From an uncultured Gemmatimonadales bacterium (GTDB lineage: Bacteria; Gemmatimonadota; Gemmatimonadetes; Gemmatimonadales; Gemmatimonadaceae): a stretch of 64,000 nucleotides of DNA. Shown here one piece after another: positions 1 through 11,505 of this stretch (positions within the stretch are counted from its first letter, which is position 1; every line of letters begins with the position of its first letter). The notes beneath the pieces were generated by a model, which was not told where the DNA came from, did not search any database, and was given only the letters and a program-made list of their open reading frames with translations. The stretch is taken from assembly GCA_963793305.1 (NCBI GenBank), contig CAWBZV010000005.1:1120001-1184000 (forward strand). Reading direction: 5' to 3'. Made by a program: the position numbers and the translations under genes.

Positions 1-1226
1 TCTTCGCCGTCTTCCTCGGCCTCTGGGTATTGGGAACCTACGGCGCGGGCGATCATCGCCGTGACGTGGGGAAAGTGTTCACGGGCGGCGCCGTAGGTGT
101 CACGCTTGTCGGTTGGGGACCGCTTTGGGCCGCGCCGTCGATCGCGGCGCTGCTCGGTCTCGCTGCCGCGGCGAGTGCGCTCGCGATCGCGCTCGTGCTC
201 GAGCGGCTCCTCGTCGAAGTCCTCGTCTACCGGGCGCGCGCGCGCGCCGCCCACGCGCCACGCGCCCTGTTGGTCGGTCCGTCTCCCGATGCGCGCAAGG
301 CGCTCCGCGCATCGCCGTTCACGATCCAATCCGAGTTCCGCGTACTGGGGTACATATCGACGGATTCCCGCGCCCCGGCCGATGCCCTGGGCGGCGTGAG
401 CGAGTTCGTCGACGTGATGGCGACGCTCGACGTCGACACGGTGATCTTCGCCGGTCACATCGAGGAGACGTTGTTCCACGATCTGCTCACGATCGCCGAT
501 GCGGCCGGATGCCACGCCTATTCGCTGGCCCGACCCGCGACGCTGACGGGGTACGTCCCCGAGCTCGTGTGGCTGCGCGGCGTACCGCTCGTGCAGCTCA
601 CGCGGCCCGGGCTCCACGGCCAGCAACTGCTGATCAAGCGGATCGTCGATGTCTCGGTATCCGCGGTGGGTCTCGTCGTCCTCGCGCCGCTGCTCGTGGT
701 CGTCGGGTTGGCGGTCGGGCTGTCGTCGCCCGGGCCGATTATCTTCCGGCAACGGCGAGTGGGTTCTGGCGGCCGCCAGTTCGACATCTTGAAATTCCGC
801 AGCATGGTCGACGGCGCGGACGAACAGCGCACCGAGCTGGCGGCGGAAAGCATTTACCAGGACGGGCGGCTCTTCAAGATGCCGCTTGATCCGCGGGTGA
901 CACCGCTCGGCGCGTTCTTGCGCCGGACGAGTTTCGACGAGCTGCCCCAGCTGTGGAACGTGCTGAAAGGCGAGATGTCGCTCGTCGGCCCGAGACCGCC
1001 GTTGCCATTTGAAGTGGCGTTGTACGAGGAACACCATTATTCGCGGTTCGACATGAAGCCGGGGATCACGGGACCCTGGCAAGTGAACGGGCGGAATCGG
1101 GTGACCGACTTCGATGAGGTCATCCGCCTCGAGACGGCTTACCTGCGCCGTTGGGGCATCTGGAAGGACGTTGCGATCCTGCTACGGACGATCCCGGTCG
1201 TCCTCAAAATGGAAGGTGCGCACTGA
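1..1226 (+). CDS. Undecaprenyl-phosphate sugar-1-phosphate priming transferase (WcaJ/WbaP-like), 5' truncated by window edge
   Basis: C-terminal bacterial sugar transferase motifs [48 protein letters not shown]; frame open from window start. Confidence 0.92.
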   Translation, partial: FAVFLGLWVLGTYGAGDHRRDVGKVFTGGAVGVTLVGWGPLWAAPSIAALLGLAAAASALAIALVLERLLVEVLVYRARARAAHAPRALLVGPSPDARKALRASPFTIQSEFRVLGYISTDSRAPADALGGVSEFVDVMATLDVDTVIFAGHIEETLFHDLLTIADAAGCHAYSLARPATLTGYVPELVWLRGVPLVQLTRPGLHGQQLLIKRIVDVSVSAVGLVVLAPLLVVVGLAVGLSSPGPIIFRQRRVGSGGRQFDILKFRSMVDGADEQRTELAAESIYQDGRLFKMPLDPRVTPLGAFLRRTSFDELPQLWNVLKGEMSLVGPRPPLPFEVALYEEHHYSRFDMKPGITGPWQVNGRNRVTDFDEVIRLETAYLRRWGIWKDVAILLRTIPVVLKMEGAH

Positions 1227-1236
1227 GGTCTCGGAG

Positions 1237-2322
1237 ATGACGGTGGCGCTGGTAACCGGCGCCGCTGGATTGATTGGCGCGGAGGCGGTGCGCCACTTTC
1301 ACGCGCTCGGTTGGGATGTGGTTGGCATCGACAACGACATGCGGCGGACGTTCTTCGGCGACGAGGCTTCGACCGCGTGGATGGCGGACCGGCTGGTCCG
1401 GGAACTGCCGCGCTACCGGCACGTCTCGATCGACATCCGCGACCAGGATGCGATCGGCGCGGCGGTGAAGCGCATCGGCTCCTCGCTGTCACTCGTGATT
1501 CACGCGGCGGCGCAGCCGTCGCACGACTGGGCCGTGCGCGACCCGATGACCGACTTCAGTGTCAACGCCCAGGGCACACTGGTGATGCTCGAGGCGGTCC
1601 GCCAGCATGCGCCGCGCGCCACGTTCATTTTCACCTCCACGAACAAGGTGTACGGCGACACGCCGAACGGGCTGCCGCTGGTCGAAACCGCGCGGCGGTA
1701 CGAGTTGCCGTCCGATCACGAGTGGTACGGCGGGATTCCCGAGAGCATGAGCATCGACCGTTGCACGCACAGTCTGTTTGGCGTGTCCAAGACGGCGGCG
1801 GACTTGCTCGTGCAGGAATACGCCCGCTATTTCGACATGGCGGCGGTCGTGTTTCGTGGCGGGTGCCTGACGGGTCCCGGCCATTCCGGCACCGAGCTTC
1901 ACGGGTTTCTGGCCTATCTCATGAAGTGCACGGCCACGGGTCGGCCGTACACGGTGTTCGGCTACAAAGGCAAGCAGGTTCGCGACAACATCCATAGCGC
2001 CGATCTGGTGTCCGCCTTCGAGCACGTCGCTCGGCGACCGTGTCCCGGCGCCGTGTACAACATTGGCGGCGGCCGGTCGGTGAATTGCTCGATGCTCGAG
2101 GCGATCGCGCTGAGTGAGGAGATCACGGGACGTGAGCTCCGCTGGACGTACGACGAGCGGAACCGCATCGGGGATCACATCTGGTGGATCGGTGATCTGA
2201 CCGCGTTCCGGAACGATTATCCGGATTGGCGGTTGCGCTACGACGTTCCGGGCATCCTGCGCGAGATCTTCGAGCTCAACCGGGAGCGCTGGGGATCCAC
2301 GGAGCGCGCGCCGGCGGCGTGA
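1237..2322 (+). CDS. NAD-dependent epimerase/dehydratase (CDP-paratose 2-epimerase-like)
   Basis: VTGAAGLIG Rossmann motif, AAQPSHD, STNKVYG, GKQVRDN; ATG at 1237 after GGAG. Confidence 0.85.
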   Translation: MTVALVTGAAGLIGAEAVRHFHALGWDVVGIDNDMRRTFFGDEASTAWMADRLVRELPRYRHVSIDIRDQDAIGAAVKRIGSSLSLVIHAAAQPSHDWAVRDPMTDFSVNAQGTLVMLEAVRQHAPRATFIFTSTNKVYGDTPNGLPLVETARRYELPSDHEWYGGIPESMSIDRCTHSLFGVSKTAADLLVQEYARYFDMAAVVFRGGCLTGPGHSGTELHGFLAYLMKCTATGRPYTVFGYKGKQVRDNIHSADLVSAFEHVARRPCPGAVYNIGGGRSVNCSMLEAIALSEEITGRELRWTYDERNRIGDHIWWIGDLTAFRNDYPDWRLRYDVPGILREIFELNRERWGSTERAPAA

Positions 2323-3125
2323 TCGATCGCGGCAAGTACAACGTGCTCGGGGTGCGCATCGATGCCCTCGACTACGAGGCGGCCGTCGATCGCATCATCG
2401 GCGCGGCCCGCGAGCGTTGGCCCCTGGCGGTGACCGCGTTGGCCGTGCACGGCGTGATGACCGGCGTCTTGGACCCTGTGCAGCGTTACCGCTTGAACGG
2501 TCTCGACATCGTGACGCCGGATGGCATGCCGGTCCGTTGGGCGCTCAACCTCCTCCATGGGACGCGCCTTCCAGATCGCGTCGCGGGTCCCGTGCTGATG
2601 CTGCGCGTAGCGGCGGCGGCGGCCGAGGCCGGACTGCCCATTTTTCTCTACGGCAGCCGTTCCACGGTGCTGGAGGCTCTGGCGCGCTCGCTCTGCCAAC
2701 GCTTTCCCGATCTCCGGGTCGCCGGGATGACGCCTTCCCGATTTCGGCGACTCACGGCTGCCGAGCGCGATGAGGTCGTTGCGCAGATCCAGGCCAGCGG
2801 GGCGGCGCTCGTTTTTGTCGGACTGGGATGTCCACGCCAAGAGGTGTGGATCTACGAGTATCGCGATCGCCTCGAGATGCCGTTACTGGCGGTCGGAGCT
2901 GCGTTCGACTTCCATGCCGGCACAGTGCCCAGAGCGCCCGCGTCGCTCGAGCGACTCGGATTGGAATGGGCATTCCGTCTCATGCGCGAGCCGCGGCGCC
3001 TCTGGCGGCGCTATCTTTTTCTCAATCCCGCCTACCTGTGGCTGCTGGCGCTTCAGGCCTCGAGACTGCGCCGGTTCGACCCCTCGGACAGTACGCCTCC
3101 ATCGGGAGAGCTGCTCAACGGTTGA
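2319..3125 (+). CDS. WecB/TagA/CpsF family glycosyltransferase
   Basis: [42 protein letters not shown] overlaps upstream TGA. Confidence 0.92.
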   Translation: MIDRGKYNVLGVRIDALDYEAAVDRIIGAARERWPLAVTALAVHGVMTGVLDPVQRYRLNGLDIVTPDGMPVRWALNLLHGTRLPDRVAGPVLMLRVAAAAAEAGLPIFLYGSRSTVLEALARSLCQRFPDLRVAGMTPSRFRRLTAAERDEVVAQIQASGAALVFVGLGCPRQEVWIYEYRDRLEMPLLAVGAAFDFHAGTVPRAPASLERLGLEWAFRLMREPRRLWRRYLFLNPAYLWLLALQASRLRRFDPSDSTPPSGELLNG

Positions 3126-3126
3126 A

Positions 3127-4236
3127 TCAGTCGACGGCTCGGGCGTACGCGTCCAGAGTGCGCCGAGCTACGTGCCCCCAATCGAACGTTGCCGCGCGGA
3201 TCCTTCCGCGACAGCGCATCGTCTCGCGGAGCTGGGCATCGCCCCAGGTGCGCCGTACCCCATCGGCGATCGCGTCCACGGACATCGGGTCGACGAGAAT
3301 CGCCGCGCCGCCGGCGACCTCGGGGAGCGACGAGACATTGGAGGTCACGACCGGACAGCCGACCGACATTGCTTCGAGCACCGGAAGGCCGAAGCCCTCG
3401 TAGATCGAGGGATAGGCGAGCAGGGTGGCGGCGGCATACAGGGCAGGGAGATCAGCCCGGGGGACGTAGCCCAAGAATCTCACGGCCGGTGTGAGCTGCA
3501 ACTCGGCGATGAGCCGCGGCACGTCGTCCGACATCCAGCCCGCCGGACCCGCGTGCACGAGCGTGATGTCCTTCGTCTCGTTCTCACTCCGCAGTTGGTA
3601 CACGGCGCGCAGCAGGCGGGGAAGGTTTTTGCGTGGCTCGGTTGCCCCAACGGTCAGGACGAACCGCTCCGGCAACCTGAGCCGTCGTCGTACTTCCTCG
3701 ACCCGCGCGCCGTCCGGCGGACCCGCGGCGAATTCGGGATCCACGCCGGCGGACACTGTCAGCACGCGGTCGTCCTCGAGGTGAAACCGTTCGAGGATTT
3801 CGGCGCGCGATGCTTCGGACGACGTGACGACCATGCGCGCCGCCGCCAGTGACTTGGGCAGCATCACTCGGACGTAGTTCCGCGCCCATGATCTGAAAAA
3901 TTCTGGGAAGCGGAGCATGATAATGTCGTGCACGGTCAGGACGACGGGCAGCGATGGTCGCGCCGGTCCGAACCCGCCATTCGGGATATGCAGAACGTCG
4001 GCGCCGGAACGGCGCGCGGCTCGCTCCACACCGTACGGCCACCAGTACAGATCGCGGACCGGCGACACGGCGCGCATGAGCAGGCGAGGGGCATCGTGCG
4101 GCGGTTGGATCGCGAACGCGATCGGCCGGAACTGATCGCCAAGCAGTGGGGCGAGCGTCGTCGCGACGCGAGCGGCGTACGTGCCGATGCCGGCGCCGCT
4201 CACGGACGCGATGGTCATGTCGTATGCAACGCGCAT
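3127..4236 (-). CDS. Glycosyltransferase family 4 (GT-B)
   Basis: MRVAYD start, TVHD, EPRKN, PSIYEGFGLPVLEAM, SSLPEV. Confidence 0.92.
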   Translation of the reverse strand: MRVAYDMTIASVSGAGIGTYAARVATTLAPLLGDQFRPIAFAIQPPHDAPRLLMRAVSPVRDLYWWPYGVERAARRSGADVLHIPNGGFGPARPSLPVVLTVHDIIMLRFPEFFRSWARNYVRVMLPKSLAAARMVVTSSEASRAEILERFHLEDDRVLTVSAGVDPEFAAGPPDGARVEEVRRRLRLPERFVLTVGATEPRKNLPRLLRAVYQLRSENETKDITLVHAGPAGWMSDDVPRLIAELQLTPAVRFLGYVPRADLPALYAAATLLAYPSIYEGFGLPVLEAMSVGCPVVTSNVSSLPEVAGGAAILVDPMSVDAIADGVRRTWGDAQLRETMRCRGRIRAATFDWGHVARRTLDAYARAVD

Positions 4237-4241
4237 CGCCC

Positions 4242-5276
4242 TCACCGCATCATCGCGGCGACACCGATGCGATCCAAGGCATCGAGGACCTCGCTCAACT
4301 CGATTCGGTCGATGCACGGGGCCGCCGGTGTGACGCACCGCCGCTCGAAGCATGGGTGGCAGGGGAGGCCGATGCTCCGGCAGACGGTGACGGAATGCGC
4401 GCGAAACGTCCCGAAACGCTGTGGGTCCGTGGGCCCGTTGAGTAGCACACAGGGGATGTCCAGCGCTTCGGCGATGTGCAGGGCGGCGCTATTGTTGCAC
4501 ACCACCGCGGACGCCCCGGCGATGAGCGCATACAGGGCCGCCGTCGACGGGAATTGTGCTTCCGGCGCCGACGTGCTGGCCCGCCCGATCGCGTCGATCG
4601 TGGCGCGATCATTCGAACCGCCGACCACCATCACGCGGTGTCCCGCGTCCTGGAGGCGATCGGCGAGCGATGCGATCTTCCGCGGGCTCCACTGCTTGAA
4701 TTCCCAACTCGCGCCGGGGTGCAGAATGACATAGGGGCCTCGCGCGTCGCGATACGGAACGACATCCGCGAGCTGCGGGGTCTCGGTGAGTGTCGTACCG
4801 CTCCACTGACTGACGAGGTGGACGTACTCCTGATACCGATGCAGACCCGGCGGGCATTCGAACACGCGCACGCCCGGCAGGGTGCGGAAACGCAAGCGCA
4901 GATCCGCTACGCGGCGGCAGGTCGAGCGGAAGAATGCCTCCTCGCGGGGATCGCCGCGAAAGAGCAGCGTCGTGTCGGCATTGAACGCCCGGAGGGCGCG
5001 CCACGCGCGGTAGACCTCACCGTAGTCAATCGTCCAGGGCAGGTACTTGTCCCGGGCCAGCCGCCCTCGCGTCCAGAAAGGCGCAAAGGGCACGTGGATG
5101 TCGTAGTCGCCGCTACGCACGAGAGGATCGCTGAATCGTGGATCGGACACGAGCGCGATCTCGGCGTCCGGCCGCGCCTTGCGCAGCGAGCGGAGTCCCG
5201 CCGTCGCAAGGACCGAGTCACCGAAGCGCCAGAGCTCAACGAATGCGATGCGCTCGCGGCGCCTCGATCGCTTCAC
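4242..5276 (-). CDS. Glycosyltransferase family 9 (heptosyltransferase-like)
   Basis: RFGDSV, LHPGASWEFKQW, NNSAALHIAEAL, LNGPT, C-terminal CxPC...C motif. Confidence 0.85.
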   Translation of the reverse strand: MKRSRRRERIAFVELWRFGDSVLATAGLRSLRKARPDAEIALVSDPRFSDPLVRSGDYDIHVPFAPFWTRGRLARDKYLPWTIDYGEVYRAWRALRAFNADTTLLFRGDPREEAFFRSTCRRVADLRLRFRTLPGVRVFECPPGLHRYQEYVHLVSQWSGTTLTETPQLADVVPYRDARGPYVILHPGASWEFKQWSPRKIASLADRLQDAGHRVMVVGGSNDRATIDAIGRASTSAPEAQFPSTAALYALIAGASAVVCNNSAALHIAEALDIPCVLLNGPTDPQRFGTFRAHSVTVCRSIGLPCHPCFERRCVTPAAPCIDRIELSEVLDALDRIGVAAMMR

Positions 5277-5315
5277 GTGGTGGTGTCTCTCGTATTCGAA
5301 GAGGGATGTTCGTGA

Positions 5316-5389
5316 TGGTCGCGCAGGGACTCGAACCCCGGACCTCTGGTATGTGAGACCAGCGCTCTAACCAGCTGAGCTACGCGACC
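5316..5389 (-). tRNA. tRNA-Val (anticodon CAC), 3' CCA not encoded
   Basis: Reverse complement folds as a cloverleaf: acceptor GGTCGCG/CGCGACC, anticodon arm CTGGT-CTCACAT-ACCAG, T-loop TTCGAGT. Confidence 0.96.
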
Positions 5390-5517
5390 GACTAACTCAA
5401 ACCTGCGCAGGCGGCGCGAGGCCTGCGACTCGGCACACAAGTTTAACCTCCGGCCCGCGACACGGCCAGGCCAGGGTTGATACGAGACCACCCCTGTACC
5501 ACATTGCCGCTGCGCGC

Positions 5518-6201
5518 ATGGACACAGTGGGAGTGCCTCCGACGATGCGGACCAATCAGCCGCGACGAAATCTGCACGAGATGATCGTGCCGATCATGCG
5601 TCGGTTCCGGCGAGCGCGAATGGTCGAATTCGCCGCGGCGGTGCATCTCACGCCGCGCACGCGGGTATTGGACGTGGGCGGAACTCCTTTCAACTGGGAA
5701 CTGTGTCCGGTGCGCCCCCGCGTGACCTTGCTCAATATCGAGCTGCCCGATTACGAGAAGCCGCCCGACATGACGTACTTGCAGGGCGATGGGTGCGCGC
5801 TGGATTTCGAGGATGGCGCGTTCGACGTTGTGTACTCGAACAGCGTCATCGAGCACGTGGGGAGCCTCGAGCGGCAGCGGCAATTTGCCGCCGAATGCGC
5901 GCGGGTTGGGCGATCGTACTACGTCCAAACGCCAAACCGCTGGTTTCCGGTCGAGCCCCATCTGGTGACGCCGTTCTTCCATTTTCTGCCGCGCGGCTGG
6001 CAAAGCCCACTCGTGCGAAACTTCTCACTGTGGGGTCTGGTCAACCGGCCTGACCGCTCCGCCCGGGCGTGGTACGAGGACGTACGCCTGATGACGAAGC
6101 GTGAGGTGCGAGCCCTCTTTCCCGACGCGCGCATCATCGCCGAACGAGTGTTCGGTCTGGCGAAATCGTACACCGCCGTGCGCGTCGCGCTGCCCGCGTG
6201 A
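5518..6201 (+). CDS. Class I SAM-dependent methyltransferase
   Basis: VLDVGG motif I, FDVVYSNSVIEHV, VQTPNRWFPVEPH; exact start uncertain. Confidence 0.85.
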   Translation: MDTVGVPPTMRTNQPRRNLHEMIVPIMRRFRRARMVEFAAAVHLTPRTRVLDVGGTPFNWELCPVRPRVTLLNIELPDYEKPPDMTYLQGDGCALDFEDGAFDVVYSNSVIEHVGSLERQRQFAAECARVGRSYYVQTPNRWFPVEPHLVTPFFHFLPRGWQSPLVRNFSLWGLVNRPDRSARAWYEDVRLMTKREVRALFPDARIIAERVFGLAKSYTAVRVALPA

Positions 6202-6245
6202 TGAGGATTGAGCGGCCGCGGTTCGCCTGCCACATTCCGTCTGCC

Positions 6246-7851
6246 ATGAGAGTCATGCATCCACGCGGCGCCGTGGTCATCGCGCTGCTCGTCGCGGCCG
6301 GCGCGATGGCGGTTCCCGCGCAAGCGCAAGGGTCGGCCGATCTCCCGCTCGACGACAACGCGTACTACTACATTGACGCGTTGCTGGCTCGCGGGGCGTT
6401 GCGGTCGTTGTCGGCGCTCGACCGGCCGTACAAGGTGCACGACGTTTGGGCGTTGCTCGATCGCGACAGCATCGCGCGCTCGAGCCCGATGATGCGCAGC
6501 TTCACGCGCGCACTCCGGGTGTCGATGCGGAAGTACGACCCGCGCGCCGACCGGCCCACGCCCCGCGACAGCACGCGAACCGTGATGCGGTACCAGGTCG
6601 GAGGCGACGTGTACGCGACCGGTCAGACCTCCGGCATTCGCGAGCTCATGCTGGGGGACGGGCACGCGGCCCTCGATCCGGCGTTCGAACGTCCGCGCAG
6701 TGGCTGAAGGCGGACCGCTGACGATCGCCTTCCGCGGCGGCATCGATCGGCGACTGATGGATGACCCGGAGTACTGGCACCCGAACTCGTTCCTGCAGCA
6801 GGCCAACGACTTCCGACTCACGGACGGCTACATCGATGCCCGCTGGCGCTTTGGTGAGATCTTCATCGGTCGCGAAGCCCGGAACTGGGGACCCGAGGCG
6901 CTCGATGGCCTCCTCCTGGGCCACTACACGTATACCTACGATCAGTTCTACGCGTTGATCGGCGTGCGCGACCTCCACTATCAGATCATCGCGACGCGAT
7001 TGAACAACGAGTTCGTGCCGCCCGATACCGTCGCGCAGCGGTACTTCACGATTCACCGTCTGGCCGCGCGCATCGGGCCGGCCGAGTTCGCCGCCCAGGA
7101 AGCCGTCGTGTACGGCGGACCGGGTCGTGGATTCGAGCCGTCGTTCCTGAGTCCCGTGAATCTCTTCACGTTCTCCCAACTCAACGACGACCTGGACGCC
7201 ACCAAGAAGCTGTCGGCGCAAGCCGCGGTGCGCACGCGGTCGGCTGGAACGTACGCTGCCGAGGTGTACCTGAATGACATTCAGACGGGGGGCTGCAATC
7301 CGGCGGTGCTGTGCAAGAAACCGATCAGCGGTGGATGGACGCTGACGGCCGAGGGCATACCGTTCATCGGCGAGCAGCGGTTGTTCGCGTCGTACACCCT
7401 CGTCTCCTTCCTCGACTACCGGACCGATACGCCCTGGGAGCAGTATGACTACAACTACATCGGCCTCGGTCGCGGGTTCTCCGACTACGATGAGTGGCGG
7501 GCCGGCGTGGATCTCGCCGTGCTGCCGGGTGTCCCGCTCAAGGTGTACGGCGCCTATCGCCGGCAGGGCGAGGGCGACTACCGTATCCCGGTCCCGCCCC
7601 CCGATTCATTCCCCCTCATCCCGGCGTTCCTGTTCGGTACCGTGGAGCACGTGTATCGTGTGGGCGTGACCGGCGCCGCGTCGTTTCGCTGGCTCGACGT
7701 GTCGGGTGACGTCGGCGTCAACCACGTAACGAACTACAATCACGTCTCGGGAGTCTCGCACAACGACCTGGCGGCCCGGGTCCAGGTGATGCTCGTCTGG
7801 GCGCGCATCTTCGGCGGGGCCCTATCCACCGGACGGGACGATGCGCGGTAG
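6246..7851 (+). CDS. Capsule assembly Wzi-like outer-membrane protein, split by a +1 frameshift at 6687-6693 (about 534 aa if repaired)
   Basis: Signal peptide ending VPAQAQ; GREARNWGP motif; beta-strand-rich C-terminal half; removing one A from GAACGTC joins ORFs 6198..6707 and 6700..7851. Confidence 0.65.
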
Positions 7852-7860
7852 CGCCCGGCC

Positions 7861-9066
7861 ATGACCCGCGTGCTCATCGTCGGCGGTGGGATCGTCGGCC
7901 TCTCCGCTGCCTACCAGCTCACGGAGCAGCATCCCAACGTCGAACCGATCGTGCTCGAGAAGGAAGATGCCGTGGCGCGGCATCAGAGCGGTCGCAATAG
8001 CGGCGTGCTGCACGCCGGCCTCTACTACGCTCCGGGATCGGCGAAGGCGCGTCTGGCGGTCGCCGGCATCCGCGAGATGACGGCGTTCTGCGGCCGGCAC
8101 GACATACCGCACACGATCTGCGGGAAATTGGTCGTGGCCACATCGGCGGACGAGGTGCCGCGGCTCCGGGCGCTCCTCGAGCGCGGCACGCGCAACGGAT
8201 TGCGTGGTCTGCGCTGGCTGACGGCCGAAGAGGCACGCGCGATCGAGCCGGCGGTCGCCGCGGTGGCGGCCGTGCATGTGCCCGAAGAGGGAATCGTCGA
8301 CTACCCCCGCGTCGCTCGAGCGCTCGCCGACGCGGTGCGCTCGGGCGGTGGCCGGGTCGTCTGCGGCGCCCGTGTCGACTCTTTGCGCGCGACGACCGGC
8401 GGGTGGGTCGCCGAGACGTCCGCCGGGGCGTTCGAGGGCGACGTGCTCGTGAATTGCGCCGGGCTGCAGGCCGATCGGATCGCCGCGTTGAGCGGCGCGC
8501 GTTTGGACGTGCGCATTGTCCCTTTCCGTGGTGAGTACTACCTGCTGCGACCCGACCGCGAGCACCTCGTGCGATCGCTGATTTATCCCGTTCCCGACCC
8601 TGCATTCCCGTTTCTTGGCGTACATTTCACGCGCCGGATCAACGGCGGTGTCGAAGCCGGGCCGAATGCCGTGCTGGCACTCGCGCGCGAGGGCTACGAC
8701 CGGCCGCGGTTCGATCTGCGCGATGCGCTGTCGGCACTGGCGTTCCCGGGCCTCTGGCGGTTCGTCGCGCGCTATCCCCGCGTGTGCGCCGAAGAGCTCC
8801 GTCGCTCCTCGAGCCGCCGTCTGTTCGCCGCATCGCTGGCCCGGCTCGTCCCCGAGGTCGAGCCCGACGATCTGCTCCCGGGCGGCGTCGGCATCCGCGC
8901 CCAAGCCATGCGGCGGGATGGCACGCTCGTCGAGGATTTTCATTTTGTCGCCCAGCCGCGCGCGCTGCACGTCATCAACGCCCCAAGCCCGGGTGCGACC
9001 GCGTCGCTGGCCATTGGCCGGGAGATCGTCATGCATGTTCGTCCCGCGCTGACACGCGCCGCCTGA
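7861..9066 (+). CDS. lhgO: L-2-hydroxyglutarate oxidase family FAD oxidoreductase
   Basis: GGGIVG FAD motif, HQSGRNSGVLHAGLYY, PFRGEYY, YPVPDPAFPFLGVHFT, NAPSPGATA. Confidence 0.9.
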   Translation: MTRVLIVGGGIVGLSAAYQLTEQHPNVEPIVLEKEDAVARHQSGRNSGVLHAGLYYAPGSAKARLAVAGIREMTAFCGRHDIPHTICGKLVVATSADEVPRLRALLERGTRNGLRGLRWLTAEEARAIEPAVAAVAAVHVPEEGIVDYPRVARALADAVRSGGGRVVCGARVDSLRATTGGWVAETSAGAFEGDVLVNCAGLQADRIAALSGARLDVRIVPFRGEYYLLRPDREHLVRSLIYPVPDPAFPFLGVHFTRRINGGVEAGPNAVLALAREGYDRPRFDLRDALSALAFPGLWRFVARYPRVCAEELRRSSSRRLFAASLARLVPEVEPDDLLPGGVGIRAQAMRRDGTLVEDFHFVAQPRALHVINAPSPGATASLAIGREIVMHVRPALTRAA

Positions 9067-9633
9067 TGAAAATATCTGTCGAGCCGACCACGATCGCCGA
9101 CGTGGTGCTGATCAAACCCGAGGTCTTTCGTGATCCGCGCGGCTTCTTCACTGAAGTGTTCCGCGAGGAACGTCTTCGCCGCCGCCGGGTTGCCGACCCG
9201 GTTCGTCCAGCTGAATCACTCGCGCTCGGCCCGCAATGTCGTGCGGGGGCTCCATGTCCAGTGGGATCCCCCCATGGGCAAGCTGATGCGAGTCACCCAC
9301 GGTGCCGCCTTCCTGGTGGCCGTCGATCTCCGCAAGCGATCACCAACACTCGGACAGTGGGTGGCGGCCACGGTGTCGGCGGACGATATGACTCAGGTCT
9401 GGGCACCGGCAGGGTTCGCGCGGGGCTTCTGCGTCCTCAGCGATTTCGCCGAGATACAGTATTTGTGTACGGGCACGTACAATTCTGAGGGGGAAGGCGG
9501 GATCCGGTGGGATGACCCCGCGCTCGGTATCCCCTGGCCGACGGCGACACCAATCTTGTCGGCCAAGGATACGCGGGCACCGTCGCTCGAGGAGTGGCTC
9601 GCGACGCCACAGTCTAACCATTTTCAGTCATGA
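9066..9633 (+). CDS. rfbC: dTDP-4-dehydrorhamnose 3,5-epimerase, +1 frameshift at 9168-9174 (about 188 aa if repaired)
   Basis: FRDPRGFFTE in one frame; FVQLNHS, RGLH, VDLRKRSPTLG, GIRWDDP in the next; ATG overlaps the lhgO stop. Confidence 0.88.
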
Positions 9634-10631
9634 AGATTCTGGTCGCTGGCGGAGCAGGGTACATCGGCTCCGTGTTGGTGCCGAAACTGATCGCCCGCGG
9701 ATACGAGGTCGACGTCGTCGACCTGCTCTGGTTCGGCAACACGCTCCCGGGGGATATCCGGGTCATGCGGCGCGACGTGCTCGATCTGACCCGGGATGAG
9801 CTCGTGGGGTACGACCAGGTCGTGTTCCTGGCCGGCCTGTCGAACGATCCCATGGCGGAGTACTCGCCGGGAAAGAATTTCGTCTTCAACGCCGCCAGCC
9901 CAGCCTATCTGGCCTACATCGCCAAGCAGGCGCGCGTGCGGCGATTCGTGTACGCGAGCTCGTGCTCGGTGTACGGGTACACGGAGAACGAGCTGTTCGA
10001 CGAGCGCTCTCCCGCGATCTCGACGTATCCCTACGGGATCTCCAAGCTCCAGGGGGAGTTCGCGGCCCTCCAACTGCAAGACGAGACGTTCTCGGTCATC
10101 GCGCTGCGCAAAGGAACCGTCTGCGGATACAGCCCGCGCATGCGACTCGACCTCGTGATCAATACAATGTTCAAGACGGCGCTGACGACCAACGTCATCA
10201 CCGTGAACAATCCGGCGATCTGGCGGCCGATCCTGGCGATTCAAGACGCGGCCAGTGCGTATATCCGGGCCATCGAGTGCGGCGCCGAAATCTCCGGCAT
10301 CTTCAACGTCGCATCGGGGAACTACACGCTCGGCGAGCTCGCCGATTACGTGAGTGAGGCGCTCCGCGAGCTGGTCGGACTCGAGCCCCGGCTCGACATC
10401 AAGCACCTGACGGACGTGCGGAACTACAAAGTCTCGTGCGAGAAGGCGCAGACCACCCTGAGCTTCAAGCCCGCGCACAACGTCCGGAGCATCGTGAAGG
10501 ACCTGGTCGACCATCGGCACCTGTTCGCGGATTTCGACGACCCGCGTTTCTCCAATATCGCGACGTTCAAGCGGTTGGACGGGATTCCCAACGTCGCCCT
10601 CCCGCCGCGCTCGCCACGGGTGGCGGTCTGA
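9630..10631 (+). CDS. Extended SDR NAD-dependent epimerase/dehydratase
   Basis: GGAGYIG, ASSCSVYG, YGISK (YxxxK), GYSPRMRLDLVIN. Confidence 0.88.
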   Translation: MKILVAGGAGYIGSVLVPKLIARGYEVDVVDLLWFGNTLPGDIRVMRRDVLDLTRDELVGYDQVVFLAGLSNDPMAEYSPGKNFVFNAASPAYLAYIAKQARVRRFVYASSCSVYGYTENELFDERSPAISTYPYGISKLQGEFAALQLQDETFSVIALRKGTVCGYSPRMRLDLVINTMFKTALTTNVITVNNPAIWRPILAIQDAASAYIRAIECGAEISGIFNVASGNYTLGELADYVSEALRELVGLEPRLDIKHLTDVRNYKVSCEKAQTTLSFKPAHNVRSIVKDLVDHRHLFADFDDPRFSNIATFKRLDGIPNVALPPRSPRVAV

Positions 10632-10641
10632 TCGCGCGCGC

Positions 10642-11505
10642 ATGACTGTCGTCGTTGTTGGCGGCAACGGCCAACTCGGCGCCGATCTCATGACCGCATG
10701 CGCCGCGCGGAGGCTTCCGGCGATCGGGCTCACCCACGCCGATATCGAAGTGACGGACGCGACATCGGTCAATGCGGCGCTCGACCGGGCGGCGGCCGAC
10801 GTGATCGTGAACACGGCGGCGATGCACAATGTCGAGCGCTGTGAACAGGAGCCCGCCCAAGCGTTCGCCGTCAACGCCATCGGCGCGCGGCATCTCGCGC
10901 TCGCGGCGGCGCGACGCGGCGCGGCCCTCGTGCACGTCAGCACCGACTATGTGTTCGACGGTGCGCTGCGCCGCCCCTACGTCGAGGCCGACCTGCCGCG
11001 GCCGCTCAATGCGTACGGCGTGAGTAAGCTGGCCGGCGAGCACTTCGTGAGCGCACTCGCACCCCGCCATTTCATCGTTCGGTCATCGGGCCTCTACGGC
11101 GCGCATCCGAGTCGCGCGAAGGCCGGAGGACTCAACTTCGTGCGCCTCATGCTCAAGCTGGCGCGCGAGCGCGGGACGGTACGCGTCGTCGCCGACGAGT
11201 TCGTCACGCCGACGTACACGGTCGATCTCGCCGAACAGATCCTCGATCTGGCGGAGACGAGCGCCTACGGCACGTATCACGCGACGAGCGCCGGTGCCTG
11301 CTCGTGGAACGAGTTCGCCCGCGAGATCTTTCGCCGCGCCGCGCCGGACACCATCGTCGAGGATGCCGCGGCGTCGGACTTTCCGCGGCCGGTCGCGAGG
11401 CCGCTGTACTCCGTCCTCGACAACGCGGGCCTGCGCGCGTTGGGCATCGATCGCATGGCGGACTGGCGCGATGCGCTCGGCCGCTATCTCGCCGTGCTCG
11501 ATTGA
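10642..11505 (+). CDS. rfbD: dTDP-4-dehydrorhamnose reductase
   Basis: GGNGQLG, HVSTDYVFDG, PLNAYGVSKLAGE, RPLYSVLD. Confidence 0.92.
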   Translation: MTVVVVGGNGQLGADLMTACAARRLPAIGLTHADIEVTDATSVNAALDRAAADVIVNTAAMHNVERCEQEPAQAFAVNAIGARHLALAAARRGAALVHVSTDYVFDGALRRPYVEADLPRPLNAYGVSKLAGEHFVSALAPRHFIVRSSGLYGAHPSRAKAGGLNFVRLMLKLARERGTVRVVADEFVTPTYTVDLAEQILDLAETSAYGTYHATSAGACSWNEFAREIFRRAAPDTIVEDAAASDFPRPVARPLYSVLDNAGLRALGIDRMADWRDALGRYLAVLD

